IMG/VR virus record: IMGVR_UViG_3300032896_000431
Span: 1,157 to 65,156 of that record
Origin: a virus
Lineage: Duplodnaviria > Caudoviricetes
DNA: 64,000 nucleotides
Strand: one strand, 5' to 3'
The position numbers were made by a program, and so were the translations under genes. The notes beneath the pieces are model-generated. The model made no database searches, was not told where the DNA came from, and saw nothing but the letters and a program-made list of their open reading frames with translations. Below, in pieces: positions 34,931 through 43,426 of the stretch. How positions within the stretch are numbered: position 1 is the stretch's first letter; every line of letters starts with the position of its first letter.

Positions 34931-36368
34931 TAGATCGGTCTGAATCTCACCTTTCGACCCCAGCGGGCCCTGATCCATTCGTTGCCTCAGAACGATGCCC
35001 ATAGTAAAATCGAACAAAACCTCTTGCCCACGTTGAGTGAATCGTCGACGACTCCTATGTTACCCTTTCTTGGCTCTATGGCGGCACCGGAAAACGCGGC
35101 CTTCTTGCGGCCGCTTACGCGAATGTTCGCATACTCTCTTGCGCGACAACAGGCAGATCTTAACATGACCAAAAGGGATAGGTGGACCGAGGACGACGCC
35201 AGGAACCTACCGAGTGAAGAGCCGGACGCGTTTGAGCGCAAATCCGGAAAGCTTTTCGACAGCGGCCAGGACCTTTTCTTGAATGCGCTAGCCAAGGCGC
35301 TTTCGGCTTTTGCCAACTCAGGTGGAGGGTCAATCATAATTGGCGTACGCGACGACGGTACCTTCGATGGCCTCACTCCTTATGTCGGGCGCGCGACCAT
35401 ACGTGATTGGATTGAGATGAAGGTACCTACGCTGTTGGAATATCCTTTGTCGGATTTTCGCGTTCATACGGTAGAGAGAGGCGATTCTTCAGGAGTGCCT
35501 GCTGGCCGTGTAGTCGTCGTCATCGATGTGGGGGACAGTGCCGTCGCACCCCATCAAAGCAAGAGGGATAAAATCTACTATCGACGCGAGGGCGGAAGGT
35601 CGGTGCCTGCTCCTCATTTCTATTTAGAACTGTTGAGACAACGGCTAACAAACCCTAGGCTGGAGATAGAGCTAAAGGAGATTAAACCGTTCCATGCGTA
35701 CGAGATTGCGGATCAAGAAGGAATACTAGTTAAGTTGAAGCTCGGCTTCTTGGTGCAGAACATCGGTCGGGTCTCGGCGAATAACTGGCAAATAAATATT
35801 CGGACCCTGTCTTGGGATAGCGCGCTAGATTTCAAAAGAGCAGAAGACATCATGTTTTCTGGCTTCCCAGAACCCAAGGTTCGCAAGTCAGTAGAGACCA
35901 CCATCCCGTTTGGAAGCCGGGCGATTTTGCCTGGCTGCAGCTACCTTGAGCACAGAGAGGTAGGGCTCCACCTGCGCCCGACGTTGCGGACTTTTGACGA
36001 GCTCGTAAGGGAGTTGGACGCTTTGATACTGCCGATCTCCATCGGCTGCCAAGTTGCGACTGAGACGTCACCAGGTGAGCTTGTCTCGGTCAAATTGAGT
36101 CCAGCCTATGACGCTGCGACAATCAAGGCTGCAATTGCCCAATCCTGTCCTGAATTTCTTGCGGCCACGCCGTCACAGGACGGTGTTGCACCTAACTATC
36201 CCGCTAAATCTGGTGAATCCGAAGCATGATCACTTCCATTTATTAGCGTGGTGCATTGTCGAGGTCCCACGATCAATCGAGTTTTACGTCAATCCAGCCA
36301 CAGCCCAGCGGACGCCGCGAAACGTCCCGTCCCCACTTCAAAGCTGAAGTTCAAACCGACCCACTGCC
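34926..36368. mobile_element. TIR-flanked cassette 4 (Schlafen/AlbA_2)
   Basis: Inverted repeats at 34926-34957 and 36337-36368 (23/32); flanks CAATGATG / AAATGATG (7/8). Confidence 0.8.
35165..36229 (+). CDS. Schlafen/AlbA_2 domain protein with Ig-like C-terminal domain
   Basis: EEPDAFERKS, LAKALSAFANSGGGSIIIGVRDDG, PHQ...YYRREG; C-terminal LGFLVQNIGRVSANNWQINI. Confidence 0.85.
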   Translation: MTKRDRWTEDDARNLPSEEPDAFERKSGKLFDSGQDLFLNALAKALSAFANSGGGSIIIGVRDDGTFDGLTPYVGRATIRDWIEMKVPTLLEYPLSDFRVHTVERGDSSGVPAGRVVVVIDVGDSAVAPHQSKRDKIYYRREGGRSVPAPHFYLELLRQRLTNPRLEIELKEIKPFHAYEIADQEGILVKLKLGFLVQNIGRVSANNWQINIRTLSWDSALDFKRAEDIMFSGFPEPKVRKSVETTIPFGSRAILPGCSYLEHREVGLHLRPTLRTFDELVRELDALILPISIGCQVATETSPGELVSVKLSPAYDAATIKAAIAQSCPEFLAATPSQDGVAPNYPAKSGESEA

Positions 36369-36370
36369 AA

Positions 36371-36901
36371 ATGATGATGACCTTCGACCGCCCAGCCGCG
36401 TTTGCCCGACATCTGCGGCTGATCCAGATGGGCCTCGCGGGTGCCGAGCGGCAGGGCCTTGAGGCGGGCATCACGCTGATCCAACGCGAGGCGCAACATG
36501 TGCTGGGCGAATACCAGCGCAGCGACACCGGGCCGTTCGTGCCGTGGGCGGAGTTGGCTCAGTTGACCAAAGAAGAGCGCGAGGAGCAGGGCTATCCGGA
36601 GAACGATCCGCTGCTGCGGGAAGGCATCCTGCACGACAACATCGAGCATAGCGTCGGCGACCGCGAGGCGGCGACGGGCGTACCGGACCGTGAGGTGCAG
36701 CATCCCTACCAAGACGCGCCGGTGAACATCGGCGTGGTCGCGGAGGTGCTGGAAAACGGCAATGAGCGCGTGCCGCCGCGTTCTTTCCTGGGTGTGGCCG
36801 GGTTCCGCAAGGTCGAGGCGGCGTGTGACCAGGTTGCCCGGCATGTGGCCTACTGGCTGGCGGCGATGCCGGTGCCAGCCGAACCAGAGGAAAGCCCGTG
36901 A
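36371..36901 (+). CDS. Phage virion morphogenesis / tail completion protein
   Basis: PWAELAQLT...PLLREGILHDNI...VPPRSFLG. Confidence 0.7.
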   Translation: MMMTFDRPAAFARHLRLIQMGLAGAERQGLEAGITLIQREAQHVLGEYQRSDTGPFVPWAELAQLTKEEREEQGYPENDPLLREGILHDNIEHSVGDREAATGVPDREVQHPYQDAPVNIGVVAEVLENGNERVPPRSFLGVAGFRKVEAACDQVARHVAYWLAAMPVPAEPEESP

Positions 36902-39174
36902 TCGAAGCCTATCGCATCGGCTGCACGCTGGCGCTGGGGCCGTCGATCGACACCGAGCTGACCACCGTCATCGGTCTGTTTGAGCGGCTGGATGCAGTGG
37001 TCAAACAGGTGCAGCGAGATCTCGCTGCCCTGTCTGGACCAATCCGTGCTGCGGCGGCGCTGGACGGCACGTTGACGCGGTCGGCTGCGGCGTCCGAGCG
37101 TATGAGCCGGGCCACGGCCGACATGCAGCGCACGATGCCGGACGTGGCGCAGCAGGCGGCGCAGACCGCCGCGGCGATGGAGCGGGCGGCAACGGCGAGC
37201 CGCGGCTTTACTCTGGTCGGCGGCCCTGTCTCGCAACCAAACTTCGAACTGGTGGGGTCGCCGTACGAGCCGCCGCGGCAGGCGCTGGTGCCGTTCGCAG
37301 CGCCGGGAACGCCGGTGCCGTTCTATGGCAGCTATGGCGGCTATCCGGGGCCGCACACGGCCTATGCCCCTGGCGGCCCTGTGGTGCCGTATGTCGGCGG
37401 CGGGGGAAGCGGCGCCGTGCCGCCGCCGATCGATCTGTCGTGGCCGGTCAATCCCCGGCCGTCCGGCCACGACTTCGCCCTGGCTGCGCTGGGCTATGGC
37501 ATTGCCGGGCGCGCGTTGACCGGCTTCACCGGCGACGTGCTGCAGGCCGGCGCCGAGTATGGTCATCAGTTGACCATGCTGCGGGCAATGGGTTGGACCG
37601 AGGATCAGGTCGCCGCGGCCAACCGGACCGCGATGCAAGCGCAGCGCGACATTCTTGGCGTGCAGCCGGCGGGCGCGCTGGAGGCGCAGCGCGACATCTT
37701 CACCGTGACGCGCAATGTGCAGGAATCGATGCACCTTGCGCCGGACCTGTTGCGGGCGTCGGTGGTGCTGTCGGAGGTCGGCAAGGGCGGGCAGTTGCAG
37801 CAACTCTTTCAGGCGCTGCAAGCCGGCGAACTGCGCGGCGTGATCTCGGCCGAGCAAATCCCGAATTTCCTGCGCGAGATGGAAACTGCGGCGGTTGTCA
37901 CCGGCGGCCGGGTGGGACCGGCGGAGATCCTGCAATTCCTGCGCAGCAGCGGCGTGGCCGGGCGCATCCTGGCTCAGCCGGATCTGTTCGGGCAGTTCAT
38001 CCCGGAAATCCTGTCGATGGGGGCGAGCCGAGGCGGCACCGGGCTGCAGGCGTTCTTCCAGCAGTTCGGCATCGGCCGCATGTCGGACGCGGCGGTGAAG
38101 AACTTCCTTGAGCAGATGGGCCTGGCGCAGGAGGGAGGTAAATTCATCAAGGCCGGCATCGGCCAGTGGATGGCGCTACCCGGCGGGCTGAAGGGCGAGC
38201 AGTTGGTCTATACCGGCAACGAGGCGCAGTTCATGCGCGAGGTGCTGCTGACGGCGATCGACGAGTACAACCGAACGCATTTCGGCTACACCGACCCGCT
38301 GATGGAAGCGCGCACCGGCGCGGCATTGTCGAGCCGCATTCCTGGCGGCCGGTTCCTGGGCGAGTATTTCACTCTGCTGCCGCTGAGCGCCCGCTACAGC
38401 GAGGCGATGCGGGAGGGATCGGCGCGGGACCCGTACGCGATCTTTTCGCAGAACGATCCGACGCTGAAGGTGATGGGCTTGCAGGCGGCGTGGTCGGGTT
38501 TCCTGACCTCGCTGGCAAACGGGCCGGTGATGGATGCTGCGACCAAGGTGTTGCAGGACGTGACGGGCGCGCTGAACAACCTCGGCAAGTTCGCGGACGA
38601 TCACAAGACGCTGGCGGCGACGATCGTGGGTATCGCTGAGGCGCTGGGCGTGCTGGCGACCGCAGCAGCGGGTGTATCGGCAGCGCTGTGGCTGCTGGGA
38701 CCAATGATCCGCGTGGGACGCTGGGCCTACACCGCACTGGGCAGCGCGGCCGTCGGTGCGGCAGCGGTCGACGCGGCGCCGGTCGCGACTGCCGCTGGCG
38801 CAGGTGCGTTGGCGAGCAGAGCTGGGCCGGCCGGCCTGGTGGGCGCGCTGCTGTGGGATGCGCCGAGCGCAATGGGCCTCGGCGACGACTGGTGGGGCTA
38901 CAAGTACGGGTGGAGTCCGATGCACCCGTTCAGCATGTCGACCTGGAACCCGAACACTAGCCGCTACGAGTACGGTTGGGAGCATTCGGCGGCGCCTCCT
39001 CCGGGCGGCGGCCAGGCGGTGACCATGCATGGCGACGTGTATCTGGACGGGCACCAGGTGGGCACCGTGGTTGCGCACGGCCAGGCCGACCAGATGTCGT
39101 TGCCCTCGGCCGGACCGACTGCTCCCGATGTCCGCATTGACCCACCACAGACCGGATCGGGGTGGCCCTGGTGA
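36898..39174 (+). CDS. Tail tape measure protein
   Basis: MIEAYRIG start; Ala/Gly-rich and helical with TM segments; ends GDVYLDG. Confidence 0.8.
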   Translation: MIEAYRIGCTLALGPSIDTELTTVIGLFERLDAVVKQVQRDLAALSGPIRAAAALDGTLTRSAAASERMSRATADMQRTMPDVAQQAAQTAAAMERAATASRGFTLVGGPVSQPNFELVGSPYEPPRQALVPFAAPGTPVPFYGSYGGYPGPHTAYAPGGPVVPYVGGGGSGAVPPPIDLSWPVNPRPSGHDFALAALGYGIAGRALTGFTGDVLQAGAEYGHQLTMLRAMGWTEDQVAAANRTAMQAQRDILGVQPAGALEAQRDIFTVTRNVQESMHLAPDLLRASVVLSEVGKGGQLQQLFQALQAGELRGVISAEQIPNFLREMETAAVVTGGRVGPAEILQFLRSSGVAGRILAQPDLFGQFIPEILSMGASRGGTGLQAFFQQFGIGRMSDAAVKNFLEQMGLAQEGGKFIKAGIGQWMALPGGLKGEQLVYTGNEAQFMREVLLTAIDEYNRTHFGYTDPLMEARTGAALSSRIPGGRFLGEYFTLLPLSARYSEAMREGSARDPYAIFSQNDPTLKVMGLQAAWSGFLTSLANGPVMDAATKVLQDVTGALNNLGKFADDHKTLAATIVGIAEALGVLATAAAGVSAALWLLGPMIRVGRWAYTALGSAAVGAAAVDAAPVATAAGAGALASRAGPAGLVGALLWDAPSAMGLGDDWWGYKYGWSPMHPFSMSTWNPNTSRYEYGWEHSAAPPPGGGQAVTMHGDVYLDGHQVGTVVAHGQADQMSLPSAGPTAPDVRIDPPQTGSGWPW

Positions 39175-40001
39175 GCCAGTCGCTTTCATCGGTTGTCGCG
39201 ACGGTCGCCGGTATCGGCGGCACCGTCAGCGACCTGCTGGGCGGTGGCACCACCGTCACGCTCGGCGGGTTCGTGTTCAAGGATATTCAGGTGCCCGCTA
39301 CGATGCGCTGGGGCGTGCGCCAGCGCATCGTGAGGCAGCGCCTGCCGGGCGGCGTCATCGTCGCCAACATGAACGGTCCGGATTGGCCGCCGATCGCCTG
39401 GCGCGGTATCCTGGAAGGGCCGCAGGCGGTCAGGCAGGCGCAGCAGCTTTATACGATGACGAAAGCGGGCCAACCGTTGCAGCTATCGTGGATGAGCCAG
39501 GTGTTCATCGTCGCGATCGAGAGCTTCGTGGCCGACGACACCACCACGGGATGGGTGCCGTATAAAATCTCCTGCCAGGTGTTGGCAGACGCCAGTCAGA
39601 TCAACGGGCCGCCTGCACCGCCGTCGCTGGCCCAGCAGATCCTCGGCAACGTCAACGCGGCAGTGGGTTTCGATGTGGTCGATGCGGCGGGGCAGGCTGC
39701 GTCCGTGCTCAGCCAGGTGCAGGTTGCGGCAGGCGTCGTCGGCGCGCTGGTGCCGGGAACGCAGGCGTTCACCACGTTGTCGAGCGCGGCCGGCATTGCC
39801 TCCGGCGTGGTGGCCGGTGCGATCCCGCTGGCGGAAACCGCGGTGAACGGGCTCGACACCGTGGTCAGCGGCGCCACCGCAGCGATGACCTGGCTGGGCC
39901 GTGCCGTGAGCGGGACCGGCAACCTGGCGCAGGCGACCGCGGCCAACGGCTATCTCGGCGCGGCGCAATCGAACATGGCAGTGGACGACGGCACGACATG
40001 A
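39171..40001 (+). CDS. Tail tube initiator / baseplate-associated protein
   Basis: VTLGGFVF...RLPGG...YKISCQV; follows the tape measure gene. Confidence 0.6.
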   Translation: MSQSLSSVVATVAGIGGTVSDLLGGGTTVTLGGFVFKDIQVPATMRWGVRQRIVRQRLPGGVIVANMNGPDWPPIAWRGILEGPQAVRQAQQLYTMTKAGQPLQLSWMSQVFIVAIESFVADDTTTGWVPYKISCQVLADASQINGPPAPPSLAQQILGNVNAAVGFDVVDAAGQAASVLSQVQVAAGVVGALVPGTQAFTTLSSAAGIASGVVAGAIPLAETAVNGLDTVVSGATAAMTWLGRAVSGTGNLAQATAANGYLGAAQSNMAVDDGTT

Positions 40002-40210
40002 GCGGCACGATTTCGGTGGTAGGCGGCGACCTCTTCCACATCGCATTGCAGCAGCTCGGCGACGCGACGCAGTGGAACCTGATCGCCGGCCTGAACGGGC
40101 TGACCGATCCGTTCATCAGCGGGCCGATGACGCTGACCCTGCCGCCGCTCAACCCGAATGCCGGCGGCGGAGTGACCGTGGTGGCCGGCACCGAGATCGC
40201 CCCGGCCTGA
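39998..40210 (+). CDS. Tail protein X / LysM-like
   Basis: GDLFHIALQQLGDATQWNLIAGLNGLTDP. Confidence 0.75.
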   Translation: MSGTISVVGGDLFHIALQQLGDATQWNLIAGLNGLTDPFISGPMTLTLPPLNPNAGGGVTVVAGTEIAPA

Positions 40211-40211
40211 C

Positions 40212-41327
40212 ATGCCGCTGAACAACCCGCAGGTGACGCCGCAGAGCTTGCGGCCGCGGCCGCGCGTGCTGACCAATGGCAGCCTGATCCCGAACTGCAA
40301 ATCGGTCAGCGTCACGTCCACCAACAATTTCCACGGTGACACCTTCAGCGCGTCGTTCGCGCTCGACCGCACGATGCAGAACGGCCAGGTCGGGTCCGAC
40401 GCATGGTGGGCCTCGCAGGACACGCTGCCGGTCGATGTTCAGCTTGGCCTGGTGCCGCCCGGCGGCGGCGAGAGCGACGCCAACTGGACTTCGATGCTGA
40501 CCGGCAAGGGGGATCGCATCTCGCTGAACCGCCAGCAGGCGGTGGCGACGATCGACGGCCGCGACCTGACCGCGCTGCTGCGCGACACCACCAGCGGCGC
40601 CTTCGAGGTCAATCAGACCAGCAGCGACATCGTGACCGCGCTGGCGAACATGGTGGGCCTGACGCCGGCGGTGACACAGACGACGGAATTGGTCGGCCGC
40701 TACTTCGGCTCCGACCACACCATCAGCTATACCGACCGCGCGCACCGTGCCGCCAATATGTGGGACGCGATCGTGGAGTTGGCGCGCTACGAGGGCTTCG
40801 ATGCCTTCGTGCAAGGCAACACGCTGTATTTCCAGCCGCAGACAGATTCCAATTCCGATTCGTACCTGATCAGCGAAACCGTCGATCCCACCACACGGAT
40901 TCTAGTAGCGAACGTCACCGGGCTTTTGCTGCAACGGCGGCTCGATGTGGCGCAGGGCGTGAAGGTGACGGTGCGTTCCTGGGCATCGCGGTCGGCGCAG
41001 ACGATCGAGGGTATGGCGTCAACGCCGGGCAGCGGGCCGCTCAAGCAGTACAACATCGTCCGGCCCGGGCTGTCGCAGGATCAGGCGGACAATCTGGCGG
41101 CGCGCTACCTGGCGGAGATCACCCGCCACGAGCGCACGATCAGCGGCACGCTGCCGGGCGACATGGTTCTGACGCCGCGCGTGATGCTGCGGCTGATCGG
41201 CACCGGCACGGCATTCGACCAGTCGTACTATCCGGAAACGGTCGAACGGCAGGTGGGCGGGCGCGGGTTCACCATGTCGTTCACGGCGAAGAACGTGTCG
41301 CCGGAAGTCGAAAGCGGGGCGGGCTGA
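40212..41327 (+). CDS. Baseplate hub (gpD-like)
   Basis: IDGRDLTALL, GNTLYF; position and size. Confidence 0.75.
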   Translation: MPLNNPQVTPQSLRPRPRVLTNGSLIPNCKSVSVTSTNNFHGDTFSASFALDRTMQNGQVGSDAWWASQDTLPVDVQLGLVPPGGGESDANWTSMLTGKGDRISLNRQQAVATIDGRDLTALLRDTTSGAFEVNQTSSDIVTALANMVGLTPAVTQTTELVGRYFGSDHTISYTDRAHRAANMWDAIVELARYEGFDAFVQGNTLYFQPQTDSNSDSYLISETVDPTTRILVANVTGLLLQRRLDVAQGVKVTVRSWASRSAQTIEGMASTPGSGPLKQYNIVRPGLSQDQADNLAARYLAEITRHERTISGTLPGDMVLTPRVMLRLIGTGTAFDQSYYPETVERQVGGRGFTMSFTAKNVSPEVESGAG

Positions 41328-41905
41328 TGTGGCGCCTGGTCAACGCCTTCAAGTCGCACGCCTTGCAGTTGGACGCGCAGGTTGGACAGCCGCGGTTTGG
41401 CACGATCAGCAGCGCCGATCCCGGCTCCGGCACCGCCAAGGTCCTGCTGCAGCCGGAGAACATCCTGACCGGCTGGCTGCCGATGCTGGCGCCTTGGGTC
41501 GGTTCCGGCTGGGGCATGTTCGCACCGCCGCCGCCCGGCACACAGGTCGCGTTGGTGATGCAGGAGGGCGATATCGACAACGGCATCATTCTCGGGCCGG
41601 TGTGGTCGAACGCAATGAGGCCGCCGGCCGCGTGCGACGGCGAGGCAGTGATCCGCCACCAATCGGGCAGCGAGGTGCATCTGGCGAGCGACGGCACGGT
41701 GACGTTGCAAGACCCGTCCGGCACGTCGATGAAGTTCACCAACAACGGGACGCTGCTGGTGACGGGCAACCTGATGGTGACCGGCGATGTCAGCGACAAC
41801 GGCGGCGCGCACCGCAGCGTTGCTTCGCTGCGCAACGCCTACGATCCGCACACGCATGTCGATTCCCGTGGCGGCACGACCTCCGGACCGAGCGAGACGG
41901 TGTGA
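41327..41905 (+). CDS. Baseplate spike (gpV-like)
   Basis: OB-fold TGWLP...PPPGTQV; C-terminal HTH (HxH) metal-binding tip. Confidence 0.85.
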   Translation: MWRLVNAFKSHALQLDAQVGQPRFGTISSADPGSGTAKVLLQPENILTGWLPMLAPWVGSGWGMFAPPPPGTQVALVMQEGDIDNGIILGPVWSNAMRPPAACDGEAVIRHQSGSEVHLASDGTVTLQDPSGTSMKFTNNGTLLVTGNLMVTGDVSDNGGAHRSVASLRNAYDPHTHVDSRGGTTSGPSETV

Positions 41906-42267
41906 TGGCGATTTCGCATGTCTGGGGCGCGGACTTGCAGATTGGTCCGAGCGGAGATCTCGCGCAGGTGTCGGCGCCGCAGTTGGGGCAGCAGCGGGTG
42001 CTGCGCCGGCTGCTGACATCGCCGCTCGAGTACATCTGGGAGCCGACCTATGGCGGCGGGCTCGGCGGCATGGTGGGGCAGCCGGCCGACCCGCAGGCGA
42101 TCCAAGGTCTGATCCTGGCGCAGATGCAGTTGGAATCCGCGGTGCTGCAAGACCCGCCGCCCGTCGTCACGGTGCAGGGCAATGCCGGCGGCGTTGTGGT
42201 GGCGACCATCCAGTATGTCGATGCGTCCAGCGGGCAGACCGTGACGCTAACCGCTCCGATCGGGTGA
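41905..42267 (+). CDS. Baseplate wedge (gpW/gp25-like)
   Basis: QRVLRRLLTSPLEYIWEPTYGGGL. Confidence 0.75.
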   Translation: MAISHVWGADLQIGPSGDLAQVSAPQLGQQRVLRRLLTSPLEYIWEPTYGGGLGGMVGQPADPQAIQGLILAQMQLESAVLQDPPPVVTVQGNAGGVVVATIQYVDASSGQTVTLTAPIG

Positions 42268-42273
42268 GGCGCG

Positions 42274-43425
42274 ATGTTGCAGCTCCTGACGTTCACGACG
42301 CTGGTGCAGCGGTTCGCCGCGGCGGCGCTGGCCCAGGCCGGGCTGCTGCTGGATTTCAGCGGCGGCTCGATCGAACTGGCGCTGGCACAGGCCTCGTCGT
42401 CCGTCGCGATCTGGATCCAATGGCTGATCGTGCTGCTGTTGCAGCAGATACGGGCCGCGACCAGCACCGGTTCGGCGCTCGATTCCTGGATGGCCGACTT
42501 CATGGTCACCCGGCTGCCGGCGACACCGGCGACCGGACAGGTGACATTCTCCCGCTTCACGCCGACCGCCGCGGCGCTGATCCCGGTCGGCGCGACGGTT
42601 CGCACGGCGGACGGTTCGCAGACCTTTGCCGTGGTGGCGGATGCGACGCAGACCTATTGGAACGCGGCGCAAAACGGCTACCTGATCCCGGCCAGCGTCG
42701 CTTCCGGCAATGCCACCGTGCAGGCGACGGTGGCGGGAACTGGCGGCAACGTGCTGGCGGGGATGATCTCGCTGCTGGCCTCGGCGATCGCCGGCATCGA
42801 CAGCGTGACGAACGCTGCGGCGTTCACCAACGGCATGGCGGCCGAGAGCGATGCCGCACTGCGCAGCCGCTTCCAGAACTTCCTCGCGACGCGCAGCCGC
42901 GCGACGGTATCGGCGGTCGAGTATGCGATCCAGGGCGTGCAACAGGGTTTGTTCTATTGGGTTTCGGAGAACACCGCTGCCAATGGCGCCTATCAGCTCG
43001 GCAACTTCCTGGTCGTGGTCGATGACGGCAGCGGCGATCCGCCGACCGCGTTGCTGACTGCGGTGCAGGCGGCGATCGACGCCGTGCGGCCGGTGGGCAG
43101 CACGTTTGCGGTGCTGCCGCCGACCGTGATCACCGCCACCGTGACACTGACCATCGCCACGACGCCGGCCTCTGCCAAGACGGCCACGCTGCTCGGCCAG
43201 GTGCAGAGTGCCATCGCGAGCTACATCAATGCGCTGCCGCCCGGTGCGCCGCTGCCGTACAGCCAGATCTATCGCATTGCCTATGCGGTCGGCGGCGCAT
43301 GGGTACAGGGCGCATGGGTGCCGCTGATCACCAACATCACCGGCTACACGCTGAACGGCGGCACGGCGGACATCGCCGGTGCCACCGGGCAGTCGATCAA
43401 GGCCGGCACCGTTACGGTGAACTGA
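42274..43425 (+). CDS. Baseplate J/gp47 protein
   Basis: ATGQVTF, FTNGMAAESDAALRSRF, IDAVRPVG. Confidence 0.9.
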   Translation: MLQLLTFTTLVQRFAAAALAQAGLLLDFSGGSIELALAQASSSVAIWIQWLIVLLLQQIRAATSTGSALDSWMADFMVTRLPATPATGQVTFSRFTPTAAALIPVGATVRTADGSQTFAVVADATQTYWNAAQNGYLIPASVASGNATVQATVAGTGGNVLAGMISLLASAIAGIDSVTNAAAFTNGMAAESDAALRSRFQNFLATRSRATVSAVEYAIQGVQQGLFYWVSENTAANGAYQLGNFLVVVDDGSGDPPTALLTAVQAAIDAVRPVGSTFAVLPPTVITATVTLTIATTPASAKTATLLGQVQSAIASYINALPPGAPLPYSQIYRIAYAVGGAWVQGAWVPLITNITGYTLNGGTADIAGATGQSIKAGTVTVN

Positions 43426-43426
43426 C

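Noticed and set aside
5682-36368. The 32-bp motif as CRISPR repeats or integron attC sites
   Set aside because: Copies are kb apart, come in inverted pairs and are not individually palindromic; no cas or intI gene is present.
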